Shown here piece by piece: positions 28,401 to 37,074 of a stretch of 64,000 nucleotides of DNA (within the stretch, counting starts at the first letter, position 1; each line of letters begins with the position of its first letter). A model generated the notes under the pieces. The model did no database searches, was not told the DNA's origin, and worked only from the letters and a program-made list of their open reading frames with translations. Origin of the DNA: Persicirhabdus sediminis (GTDB lineage: Bacteria; Verrucomicrobiota; Verrucomicrobiia; Verrucomicrobiales; Akkermansiaceae); NCBI RefSeq assembly GCF_016595495.1, contig NZ_JAENIM010000016.1:1-64000 (forward strand), given 5' to 3'. The translations under genes and the position numbers were made by a program.

Positions 28401-30603
28401 GTTGATTTTGCGTAAGTTACTGCCCATGCACAATGAAGTGGGTATGCTGAGGTACAGCCCCGCTGTACGCGCTTTTGCGATGCTTTTCTGGAAGCAATGG
28501 CATCATGAAGATAAAAGCCAGCTAGAGGTGAAGCTCAGAGCTCAGGGCATGGTGGAGGCAGTTTTTGTTTCTGTTGATAGAAACGAGCGCAAAAAGTACC
28601 AAGCGGAACTAGAGCGTGAAATTGACAAGTTTGCTGGTAGCCAGAATTTGAACTCAGTGACTATCGTTCAACGCGCTGCGGAATATTTGATCGCGCATTT
28701 TGCTAGAGCTGAGAGTTTTGAAATTTCCAGCCAAGCCGCTGAATGGGTGCAGAAGTTCCACACAACATTGAGTGCGAAGCGCGTGGGTGACCAATACGAT
28801 AATTCTCTAGCTGAGTTAGATGGAAATGTTATTGGCCAGTACCAAGTGATTGGAGCTTGGTTGCGTGGATTTGCAGCGAGTGTGACCGACGACTTGGACG
28901 CATACAATGCTGAGCTGCAGATGATGTATTTGCAGGAGGCTGCTGCCCATCTGCTGTATGGTGGCCATGACCCTAAATCAGTAGTTAGGGTGGAGTTGAT
29001 GGCTGAATGTGAGGGTTTATTAGGGCAACACGCAGTAGTTAGTGATGGGAAATATCATTTCCACTATAATTTATTCATCCGTAAGATGCTAGATTTTAGC
29101 CAGTACGATGTGCCAGTCTATCAATCATACCAGGAAACGAAGTCACAGTTGTTGGAGCTCAAGCGCGATGAGATGCGTCTCGACGAATTTAAACCACGTG
29201 TGATGTCATCATTTGTCCGTAACCGTCTACTCAACGAGGTGTATCTGCCAATTATTGGAGACAATCTAGCGAAACAGATGGGTACAGCTGGCAAAGATAC
29301 CCGCACAGATAGAATGGGCATGTTATTGCTCATCTCTCCTCCAGGTTATGGTAAGACCACTTTGATGGAGTATATCGCCGATAGACTTGGCATTACTTTC
29401 ATGAAGATCAATGGGCCAGCTCTGGGGCACGAGGTGAAGTCGCTAGATCCAGCTGAAGCTCCTAACGCATCAGCGCGTGAGGAGGTTCAGAAACTTAACT
29501 TAGCTCTGGAGATGGGGGATAATGTCATGATTTACCTCGATGATATCCAGCATACACACTCTGAGTTTTTGCAGAAGTTCATCTCGTTATGTGATGGTCA
29601 GCGCAAGATCGAAGGTGTCTATAAAGGTCAGGCAAAGACTTATGATCTGCGAGGTAAGAAGGTAGCCGTAGTGATGGCGGGTAACCCTTATACAGAGACT
29701 GGTGGTAAGTTCCAGATTCCTGATATGTTAGCCAACCGCGCTGACACCTATAACTTAGGTGATATTCTGGGGGGCCATGAAGCTGCCTTTAAGGCGTCCT
29801 ATATTGAGAACTCACTGACATCTAACGCTGTACTGTCAAAACTTAGTAGTCGCAGCCAGCAAGATGTCTATGCGGTGATGAAGTTAGTAGAGGGGGCTCC
29901 TCGTGATGAGATTGATTTTGAGGCACCGTTTTCCGCCTCGGAAGTTGAAGATTTTATTCGTGTTATGACACATCTCTATAGAGTTAGAGATTCCATTCTT
30001 CGGGTAAACCTAGAGTACATCCACAGTGCGGCTCAGGAAGATAATTACCGCGTGGAGCCAGCATTCAAGCTACAGGGTTCCTACCGTAATATGAACCGTA
30101 TCGCTGAGAAGGTGATTCCTCTGATGACTGATGAAGAAGTTAGCGAGCTCGTGATCAGTCACTACGAGAGTGAGTCGCAGACCTTAACGACGGGTGCGGA
30201 GGCTAACCTTTTAAAGTTCAAAGAAATGGAGGGGATACAAACCGCTAGCGAATCAGCACGTTGGCAGGAGATCAAAGATGAGTTTTCTAAACAGAAACTT
30301 CTCGGTGGAGCTGGTGATGATGATCCCGTGGCTAGGGTGGTCGCTCAGATGTCTCAGTTCAATGATGGTCTCTCAGCTATCAATGGTGGATTGCAATCAT
30401 TAGGTTCTGTCTTCACCGCTCCCAAGCAGCTAGATGATCCAACACTTGCTAAAATTGAGTCGCTCATTAGTGGGTTGCGTTCAGTGCCTGTACAGGTCGA
30501 TATTAAAGTAGTACCTGTGCAAGAACAGTCATCCGTTAGCCCAAAAAATACGGATGATGGCAAAATGGTTGATATCGAACCTGAAGTGAGACAGCTTGAG
30601 TGA
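25495..30603 (+). CDS. Giant (1702 aa) coiled-coil protein with a C-terminal AAA+ ATPase domain, of the kind often annotated 'DNA repair ATPase'
   Basis: Walker A LLISPPGYGKTTLMEYIADRLG, Walker B MIYLDDIQH, arginine-finger region VVMAGNPYTETGGKFQIPDMLANRADTYNLG. A long α-helical/coiled-coil middle section. The N-terminal about 450 aa is β-rich. Confidence 0.7.
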   Translation: MNKMSEEQENNQLESGAYEVIRARMAKHGTELQQRLNQLNDERRDVFGSIEPALLATERISTQHNCVSRDMVSIGKNRFIFGYNIHFGLKQTTELGDVFDLYEYHPADHTFHKLDEAELFGAEFEEDFKSLYKYYKDTVFVKFMVIGPHLFMGMRVGKELTNIKCFKWLLKGDGSLDYLGNRSDHEYVFPQQQEFQWKRAHRDMQRSGEHPHVSIEDRLFVETVGGDLTIKIEDNTETGQGIYEELVDDPDQTLDDAEILYATVGPLIVLKVLPYREEHYRYLVYNEKTQTVVRCDAIGHSCVLLPDDHGLIFANGYLLLSGEFKTFDHGLLDMRFEKRIVSANGEDTFFVFYNRQSGDYVLLSYNLITRSIDTPVICSGYSLFENGRLLYFRNEDEAQKHHVIQIWQTPYINDEYQTLETAGNGSFISKIGNQDIVRCMSECREVLGLLGKDDSYADLYLDLVKKTGDLVDAYFWLNKDEMFDLAEPLSEINAAARSAVEEFEKVLELRNSAKQKTDDLESAAKELIREIEHSPADDIIGFVNHLAQLRRMRGEVIGLRDLRYNEPARIDLIEQSLVEQIQILSDLTVKFLLTEEALDPYREAVQSQSEAVKNLEKVADADATGAELDKAGSELEMLIEIVSNLKIDDATKTTAIIESISEIYSTLNAVRASLKGKRHDLAKSEGVAQFAAQMKLLGQAVVNFLDLCDTAEKCDEYLTKVMVQIEELDGKFSEFDEYLEQLAAKREEVYDAFEARKVALLEKRNKRANNLIKSAERILTGVRNRAASFAEINEINGYFAGDLMVSKVREIIDELDELGDSVKAADIQTRLKTLREDAVRQLKDRNELFVDGTNIIQFGKHQFTVNTQELELTVVPQGDEMSFHLAGTDFFERIDDPDFLKTRSVWSQELVSENRAVYRSEYLAYLYLLHAEENGQLEVSDDLLSQVQAFANNRYSEGYTKGVHDHDAELILRKLLPMHNEVGMLRYSPAVRAFAMLFWKQWHHEDKSQLEVKLRAQGMVEAVFVSVDRNERKKYQAELEREIDKFAGSQNLNSVTIVQRAAEYLIAHFARAESFEISSQAAEWVQKFHTTLSAKRVGDQYDNSLAELDGNVIGQYQVIGAWLRGFAASVTDDLDAYNAELQMMYLQEAAAHLLYGGHDPKSVVRVELMAECEGLLGQHAVVSDGKYHFHYNLFIRKMLDFSQYDVPVYQSYQETKSQLLELKRDEMRLDEFKPRVMSSFVRNRLLNEVYLPIIGDNLAKQMGTAGKDTRTDRMGMLLLISPPGYGKTTLMEYIADRLGITFMKINGPALGHEVKSLDPAEAPNASAREEVQKLNLALEMGDNVMIYLDDIQHTHSEFLQKFISLCDGQRKIEGVYKGQAKTYDLRGKKVAVVMAGNPYTETGGKFQIPDMLANRADTYNLGDILGGHEAAFKASYIENSLTSNAVLSKLSSRSQQDVYAVMKLVEGAPRDEIDFEAPFSASEVEDFIRVMTHLYRVRDSILRVNLEYIHSAAQEDNYRVEPAFKLQGSYRNMNRIAEKVIPLMTDEEVSELVISHYESESQTLTTGAEANLLKFKEMEGIQTASESARWQEIKDEFSKQKLLGGAGDDDPVARVVAQMSQFNDGLSAINGGLQSLGSVFTAPKQLDDPTLAKIESLISGLRSVPVQVDIKVVPVQEQSSVSPKNTDDGKMVDIEPEVRQLE

Positions 30604-30717
30604 AATATGTCACACAAAAGTATTGATTTCCCTCGCAAGGCTCTAGTTAGCTGCTGAGCGGACCTGAAATAGGCATTGTAATTTTACTAAACTTTACTAA
30701 ATTTAAGGTCTTGTTGT

Positions 30718-32442
30718 TTGGTCTGTGGCCCCAAATGGGGATACGATCTTGAGCATAAATGGGCCATGAAGGAAGCTGAGCAGATTTCAGAGAGGTATCG
30801 GACAACTCGTCAAATTGGCGCAGGTGGCTTCGGTGTTGTCTATCAAGGGGTAGACGAACGTCTCAAACGTGAGGTTGCTATCAAACGCATGTTGCCACAG
30901 CGTGAGGGGAAGCGTGCTCTGCCTACCCAGATGCTCTATGAGGAGGCCGCAGTATTGGCCTCACTGCAGCACCCTAACATCGTTACGATTCATGATATTT
31001 GTAACGATGATCACGGGGTGCTTGTGGTCATGGAGTTGCTGAAAGGCAAAACGCTCAATGAGGCTGTAGAAAGGCAGGAGTGCGATTTGATCGAGTTGCG
31101 AGACTTGGTGGTACAAACCCAAGATGCTCTCAGCGCGGCGCGGGAGGCAAATATTGTCCACTGTGATCTGAAACCTCAAAATATCATGTGCTCGCCGCTG
31201 CCAAGTGGGTCGGTACAGTACAAGTTGCTAGACTTTGACCAAGCTCGTCTGACGCGCAACAAGGACGTAGAAACCAGCTCATCGAAGCAGGCGATGAGGG
31301 GCTCAATTTACTTCATGGCTCCCGAGCAATTTGAGGGTAAACCTGGTACCTTTGAGAGTGATCAATATGCAATGGGCTGCATCTATTATTACTGTTTGAC
31401 GGGGGTTCACCCGTTTGATGGTGATAGTGCTGTTCAAGTAATGGCTTCGCATATTCAGGGACGCATGACGCCTTTGTTGGAGTTGCGACCAGATTTGCCT
31501 GTTTGGCTAGATACTTGGCTGATGCGTTTACTGGCTCACGACCCAGCTAAGCGACCGGGCTCTCCGCAGGAGGTGATGACGGAGTTTCTCGATCATTATA
31601 ATTGCGAAGGAAAGAGCTCGTTAGATAGGCAAAAAGAATACGCGGCGCGACTGCGACGTAAAAAGGAGTTAGAGGCGAGCCAATCTCACGAGCCATCTGG
31701 TGCATCTGAGGTGAATACAACCGACCCTTATAATACGTGGTATTACGCGCAAGGGTCTCGTGTTAGTGGGCCACACAATAGGACGACGATTAAAGAATTT
31801 GTCGCTCAGGCAGTTCTATCAGCGGAGGATTTGATTTGGAGCCCAACCCTCGATAGCTGGTTAGAGGTGAAAGATGTCGATTTTGCGAGCACCAAGCTGC
31901 CGGATCGAGAACCCGTCGAAGAAAGCAAAGAGTTTGGGATGCGCTTACCCAAATGGCTGCGAAATGCTGTTGAATGCTTGTCTTTGGAGCTTTCCGTGGC
32001 ACTTGTTTTTTTAGTCGATTTGTTGCTGCTTGGCTTTGTTTACCAGATGGGAAGCCTGTTGATTTATTTCATTGGCGGCATGGGCTTGTTATTTATTGCT
32101 TGGTTAGGTCTTAAGTTCCGCGAGTTTAAGGTGAGCAAGAAATGGTTTTTATGGGGAATGATTTTGCAGACTTTCGTGGATGTTATCTTCTGTGCTACCT
32201 ATCCTAAAAAGGTTTGGAGGTCATTGGTATTGGTCGTTCTATCTGGGATATTGTTATCACTCGCTATTTCTAGCCGCGACGGGCAGTTGATGATGAATAA
32301 GGTTGGAGTGAAAGCTCGATGGGGGGCATTACTCAACCCAGGTAAGCTCATGCCTGGAGATGATTCCTCGAATAAATCTGAATCAAAAGAGGATCAGGGC
32401 GTGAATCTAGAAGATTCTCCATTTTTTAAAACTGATAGGTAG
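30718..32442 (+). CDS. Hanks-type Ser/Thr protein kinase with a C-terminal multi-pass membrane domain
   Basis: Gly loop GAGGFGVVYQG, VAIKRM, catalytic HCDLKPQNIM, DFD (DFG variant), APEQ. About 4 TM helices in the last 180 aa. Confidence 0.75.
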   Translation: MVCGPKWGYDLEHKWAMKEAEQISERYRTTRQIGAGGFGVVYQGVDERLKREVAIKRMLPQREGKRALPTQMLYEEAAVLASLQHPNIVTIHDICNDDHGVLVVMELLKGKTLNEAVERQECDLIELRDLVVQTQDALSAAREANIVHCDLKPQNIMCSPLPSGSVQYKLLDFDQARLTRNKDVETSSSKQAMRGSIYFMAPEQFEGKPGTFESDQYAMGCIYYYCLTGVHPFDGDSAVQVMASHIQGRMTPLLELRPDLPVWLDTWLMRLLAHDPAKRPGSPQEVMTEFLDHYNCEGKSSLDRQKEYAARLRRKKELEASQSHEPSGASEVNTTDPYNTWYYAQGSRVSGPHNRTTIKEFVAQAVLSAEDLIWSPTLDSWLEVKDVDFASTKLPDREPVEESKEFGMRLPKWLRNAVECLSLELSVALVFLVDLLLLGFVYQMGSLLIYFIGGMGLLFIAWLGLKFREFKVSKKWFLWGMILQTFVDVIFCATYPKKVWRSLVLVVLSGILLSLAISSRDGQLMMNKVGVKARWGALLNPGKLMPGDDSSNKSESKEDQGVNLEDSPFFKTDR

Positions 32443-32543
32443 GAGATCTGTAGGAGCCTTATTAGCTGACTTGCTAGGATAATTTTTCTAGCGAGTAAAT
32501 ATGAGATTGCCTCATTTGGAGCACTGGTCAGTATATTGACGTC

Positions 32544-33563
32544 ATGGCATTCACAGCAGATCGCGCACTGGAATTATTGGAATCGGCATTCGAGAGAGGC
32601 CGACTCGGCCACGCCTTTTTGATTACAGGGACAAAGGGGAGCGGTAAACGTGAACTAGCAGCGCGGATGATCACAATGGTCAATGGAGGTAATACCCAGG
32701 AGGCGATGGATTTCTTTGGCGAAACCCTTCCTCCTCAAACACCTCCTTTAGAGGAACTGGAAGGAGAGTTAGTGCGAATTGTGCAGCCGCGGATGAAGTC
32801 GCGTCGCATTGGCGTTGATGCCATGCGTGAGTTGGAGAAGTCATTTCGTGTTTCCGCTCCCACTGGCAAATTCAAAGTGGGTGTGATTACGGATGCTGAC
32901 CGTATGAATGAGCAGGCTGAAAATGCTTTTTTGAAAACTCTAGAAGAGCCGCCAGCTGATTGTCTTTTGTTGATGCTAACTGAGTACCCTGAGAGGTTGT
33001 TACCTACTATTCTATCGCGCTGTCTTATTCTAACGCTATTTTCTGAAAACGAGAAAGAAGTTGTGGTTGCTGGATCTGAGCCGCTGCTACAAGCATTAGG
33101 GAAGTTTGGCGGTTCGGGTTTTGGTAATGTACAAGCTGCGCTTTCTTTGAAGTCGAGTTTTGCCAAAGTTCTAGCTCAGGAAAAATCATTGATCGCGAAG
33201 GGCTACGAAACTCAGCAGAAAGAGGAGATTAAGAAGTACAAGCAAGCTACAGAGGGGGATTGGCTAAAACAGCGAGAAGATTTTTTTAAGGCGCAGGTGG
33301 AGTCAGATTACCTGCAAGTTAGAGCAGGCTTATTGGATGTCATGGAGTCCTGGTTAGGAGATGTTGTGAGGGTGAAATGTCACTCACAATCAGAATTGGA
33401 TTTCCCGCAGCACCGGAAAATTTATGAAGATTTAGCTGAGGATCAATCCCTTGAGCAACTGGTTGTACGAATGGACGCCCTAGTGAAGATGAAGTCAGTC
33501 TTCGAAACTAACGCTCAAGAGCAGCTGGCTCTTGAGGTTGGGTTTATGCAGGTGTTTGGCTAG
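32544..33563 (+). CDS. holB: DNA polymerase III delta-prime subunit (HolB)
   Basis: RLGHAFLITGTKGSGKRELAARMI... and LKTLEEPPADCLLLMLT...LPTILSRC are HolB hallmarks. Confidence 0.75.
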   Translation: MAFTADRALELLESAFERGRLGHAFLITGTKGSGKRELAARMITMVNGGNTQEAMDFFGETLPPQTPPLEELEGELVRIVQPRMKSRRIGVDAMRELEKSFRVSAPTGKFKVGVITDADRMNEQAENAFLKTLEEPPADCLLLMLTEYPERLLPTILSRCLILTLFSENEKEVVVAGSEPLLQALGKFGGSGFGNVQAALSLKSSFAKVLAQEKSLIAKGYETQQKEEIKKYKQATEGDWLKQREDFFKAQVESDYLQVRAGLLDVMESWLGDVVRVKCHSQSELDFPQHRKIYEDLAEDQSLEQLVVRMDALVKMKSVFETNAQEQLALEVGFMQVFG

Positions 33564-33568
33564 AAGTA

Positions 33569-34372
33569 TCACAGCTTAATGGCTGCGCACTGAGCTGGTA
33601 GGTTTGGAGCAAGGAGGTGCCAGAGTTTTCGGAATTTTTCGGCGTCAGCTGTGCTGAAGGCAAAAATATCTCTAGCTGCTGGCTGGGGTTCTGACTTGCC
33701 AATAACTCTAGCAACCTGTTCAGCAACGGCGGCGCCTGTGTCTATCAGCTGGATGGAGTTGCCGAGAATGGCTTTCATACTTGGTAGTAGGAATGGGTAA
33801 TGAGTACAGCCCAAAACAATTGTGTCGACCCCTGCCTCGAGCATGGGGGCAGCGTATTCATTTATCGCGTCTTCGACTTCTGGTCCGTTTAAGATGCCAG
33901 CTTCCACGAGCTCAACGTATTTGGGGCAAGGGCGAGTGATTACATTGACCCCTCCAGCGTGGTCGTAAATCAAGCGGTGAAATTTTTCTCCAGCAATAGA
34001 GGCCTCGGTGGCAAATACTCCAACAATGCCGTTTTTGGTTTGTTTGCAGGCCGGCTTAATAGCTGGCTCCATGCCGACAAATGGCAGGGGGAAGTGTGCC
34101 CGTAAATACTCTATCGCGTGAATTGTCGCTGAGTTACAGGCAATTACAATGCACTCAGCGCCCATGCTAATGAGTTTTTCGGTAGCTGTTGCTGTGCGCT
34201 GTTGGATCTGCTCAGGGGATTTATTGCCATATGGGCACCACGACGAGTCGCCAATGTAGCGAATCGAATGGTTAGGCAGTCTCTTGCAGATCTCGAGAAC
34301 CACAGAAAGCCCGCCAATTCCAGAGTCTATCACTCCTATGATTGGTCTGTCTCTGTCTGGCTCAGTATCCAT
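33569..34372 (-). CDS. murI: Glutamate racemase (MurI). The ORF extends to 34582. The internal start at 34372 (MDTEPDRDRPIIGVIDSGIGG) gives a normal-length protein and removes the overlap with the next gene.
   Basis: IGVIDSGIGGLSV, GDSSWCPYG, VIACNSAT, VLGCTHYPFL. Confidence 0.85.
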   Translation of the reverse strand: MDTEPDRDRPIIGVIDSGIGGLSVVLEICKRLPNHSIRYIGDSSWCPYGNKSPEQIQQRTATATEKLISMGAECIVIACNSATIHAIEYLRAHFPLPFVGMEPAIKPACKQTKNGIVGVFATEASIAGEKFHRLIYDHAGGVNVITRPCPKYVELVEAGILNGPEVEDAINEYAAPMLEAGVDTIVLGCTHYPFLLPSMKAILGNSIQLIDTGAAVAEQVARVIGKSEPQPAARDIFAFSTADAEKFRKLWHLLAPNLPAQCAAIKL

Positions 34373-34410
34373 GAAGTTGATTTTAAAAAGTTGATTAGTG
34401 GCTGGCAAAC

Positions 34411-35649
34411 CTATTCCTCTGCACTCATCTGGATGATTGATTTCCCGACACGTGTGCCCGATGCAAAACATCCCTGCATGAGGTAGCCGCCCGTCGGCGC
34501 CTCCCAATCTATCATTTCTCCACAGGCAAAAATTCCAGGCAGCTTGTTGAGCATTAATTGCTCGTTGAGTTCGCTCCAGCATATGCCGCCGGATGTTGAA
34601 ATGACTTCATCGATTGGGCGAGGGGAGTCGAGGTCAATACGGCAGGCTTTTATCTGAGTGGCTAGAAGGTTGACGTCGTTAGTGTGTTTGTATTGGTGCT
34701 TGATCAGCGCCATAGCTTGCGGCGAGAGTTTCCAGCGGTATTTAGCTTCTCGCAATAAGCCGTGTTGTTTGCCGCCCATTTTCGCCACTAACTGGTCATG
34801 TGTAAATGTAGGTTTGAGGTCTATCTCGATATAGGCTTTTGGCAAGCTACGGAGTGTTCGTCCTATCTGATAGATGGCGCTACCTTCGAGGCCATATTTG
34901 GTAATCATTACCTCGCCAGTCACTTTTTGATCCCCACAGCTGAGGTGAATATTTTTCAGTGGTTTGCCTTCCGCTATTTTGAGAAATTCGTCATTCCACG
35001 GATGCATCCACCCGCAGTTATCAGCTTGTAAGGTTTGATAACAGACTTGCTGTTGGTCGAGGATGTCTCTCCATGCTCCATCAGAGCCAGTTTGTGGCCA
35101 TGAGGCGCCGCCCATAGCGAGGACGACATAACGATGATTGTAGCTAGTTCTTTCGTCCAGTGGGCTTGTGAATGTTAGTTTGTATCCTTGTTCTTTTTCA
35201 GCTGGCGCGATGCTAGCCAGTTTGTGGCGCATGCGAAAATTTACTCCTTGTTCGCGGAGTTTGTGAACCCAGCGACGCAATAATGGCGCAGCTTTCATTG
35301 CTTCTGGGAATACTTTTCCGCTGTTAGCTGTGAATGTTGTAATGCCTAGGCCTTCAGCCCACTCACGAATCATCTTATTATCAAACTCTTTGATGATAGA
35401 AGCCCATCTCTGTAGATCAAATTGGCCGTTGTGACTGCCGCCGTAGTAACTAATGAAGGTGTCGAGGTCTTCATCTTTAGTTAGGTTGAGGCCACTTTTT
35501 CCTGCAACGAGAAATTTTCTACCAACAGATGGCATGGAATCATAAAGCACGCAGCTAATTCCTGCAGCTGATATGAGCTCTGCGGCGCGGAGGCCAGCTG
35601 GTCCGCCACCGATGATGGCGACCGTTTCGGATGTTGATTGAGAGCTCAT
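34411..35649 (-). CDS. HI0933/BaiN-like NAD(P)/FAD-dependent flavoprotein
   Basis: N-terminal VAIIGGGPAGLRAAE dinucleotide fold. 412 aa, typical family size. Confidence 0.7.
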   Translation of the reverse strand: MSSQSTSETVAIIGGGPAGLRAAELISAAGISCVLYDSMPSVGRKFLVAGKSGLNLTKDEDLDTFISYYGGSHNGQFDLQRWASIIKEFDNKMIREWAEGLGITTFTANSGKVFPEAMKAAPLLRRWVHKLREQGVNFRMRHKLASIAPAEKEQGYKLTFTSPLDERTSYNHRYVVLAMGGASWPQTGSDGAWRDILDQQQVCYQTLQADNCGWMHPWNDEFLKIAEGKPLKNIHLSCGDQKVTGEVMITKYGLEGSAIYQIGRTLRSLPKAYIEIDLKPTFTHDQLVAKMGGKQHGLLREAKYRWKLSPQAMALIKHQYKHTNDVNLLATQIKACRIDLDSPRPIDEVISTSGGICWSELNEQLMLNKLPGIFACGEMIDWEAPTGGYLMQGCFASGTRVGKSIIQMSAEE

Positions 35650-35651
35650 AT

Positions 35652-36947
35652 TTAGCTTGGGGTTTCGCTATTCGTTAGTTTGGCGATTTTCTTTTCAGTG
35701 GCGTCACTGAGTGAAGCTTCCCAAACATAACGGCGGAATAACACCTTAAGCGCTGCTGTGAGTGGAACCGCAAGTAGGGCTCCAACAAAACCACCTAGGA
35801 TGATAGACCAGAACAGCATGGAGAAAATCACAGTCATTGGGTGTAGCCCAACAGAGTCGCCGACAATTTTTGGTGCGGTAACCAGTGAGTTGATTTGTTG
35901 TACAATGAAGAAAATGCCGATGACTGCTAGGACGTAGAACCATGGGTTCTCACCGAGGAAGCCTTGGTTTCCTGTTTGACTAAAATGGACAAAGGCAATG
36001 ATGCAGGCTGGGACCAGGCAGAGGATGTTTCCGATATATGGGATAATGCCGAGAACCGTGAGAAATAGACCAATGACAAATCCATAGGGGAGCCCGAATA
36101 TACTCAGGGCAATACCAACAAGGAGACCGTCAATAAAAGCTACAAGCACCTGCCCGCGGAAGAAGGAAATAAGGTAACCGTTGATTTCTTGTAAGGTGCC
36201 GGTGAGCTCATCTTTGAATTTTGACGACTTCAGCGGAATGTATTCTTTCCAGTGTTGTTTGATCGCGGCGCTTTCTATCAAGAAATAGAATAGATAGATG
36301 GGTAGCATGGCGAAACCAATGGCGAGGCCCATGAGGCCAAGGAATTTAGTGGTTCCTGAGCTGAGCCAGCTAGTGGCGGTACTGGCAATGGTAGTGGAGT
36401 AGTTGATGAGGTAGAAGTGCCAGCGCGGCTTGGATACTACCTTAGTCTTGGTGTCTTCAGCTAGAACAAGTTCGCCTTCGCTATCGACGGGTTCATTAAG
36501 GTAGGCGATAACTGGACGGATGGCAGGCGTCTTAGAAAGCTTCTCCATTTTGGCGTTGATGCCGTCAATGAGTTTGTCACGCTTGGCATCTTTCTCAGCG
36601 GCGATCACTTCAGCTGATACCGATGTGTCTTCTAAGTCGTCATTCAGAAGAGGCACGACGATCCACGCGCTGATAGCCATGATGACGATGAAAAAGGAAC
36701 AAAATACGGCGAGCACAGATTTTAGCCGTGATAGTCCCTTTTTCTGTAAAGAGCTAACGATTGGGTCTAGCAGGTAGGCGATGATGCCAGCAACAGCTAG
36801 AGGCAAGAGAACCGCCTGTAGGTAGCTGAAGATGCTACTTGTTAGCCAAATGAGACCTATAACTAGCAGGCCAATGATAACAATGGCAATGCCAGTTAGG
36901 GCGCTCCACAGAGTTTTGCGTTGAAATTCGTTTGGATAGTCCGACAC
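35652..36947 (-). CDS. AI-2E-family transporter (PerM/YdiK-like)
   Basis: Eight predicted TM helices. Typical length and the LIPYIGNILCLVPACIIAF motif. Confidence 0.75.
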   Translation of the reverse strand: MSDYPNEFQRKTLWSALTGIAIVIIGLLVIGLIWLTSSIFSYLQAVLLPLAVAGIIAYLLDPIVSSLQKKGLSRLKSVLAVFCSFFIVIMAISAWIVVPLLNDDLEDTSVSAEVIAAEKDAKRDKLIDGINAKMEKLSKTPAIRPVIAYLNEPVDSEGELVLAEDTKTKVVSKPRWHFYLINYSTTIASTATSWLSSGTTKFLGLMGLAIGFAMLPIYLFYFLIESAAIKQHWKEYIPLKSSKFKDELTGTLQEINGYLISFFRGQVLVAFIDGLLVGIALSIFGLPYGFVIGLFLTVLGIIPYIGNILCLVPACIIAFVHFSQTGNQGFLGENPWFYVLAVIGIFFIVQQINSLVTAPKIVGDSVGLHPMTVIFSMLFWSIILGGFVGALLAVPLTAALKVLFRRYVWEASLSDATEKKIAKLTNSETPS

Positions 36948-37074
36948 AAAGCGGACATTAGAGAACGATGAGTTAAAGATGAATTCTAAAAATGCGCTTT
37001 TTTTGTATTCACTGCATATTGCTAGTTGTGAGATATCTACTTGAGTCGGTGGTTTAGCTGGATATCTTGCCTGT

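Noticed and set aside
33569-34582. Long 337-aa form of murI overlapping yhiN by about 170 nt
   Set aside because: The extra 70 N-terminal residues are Cys/His-rich and not MurI-like. An internal Met at 34372 gives a canonical-length racemase and removes the overlap.
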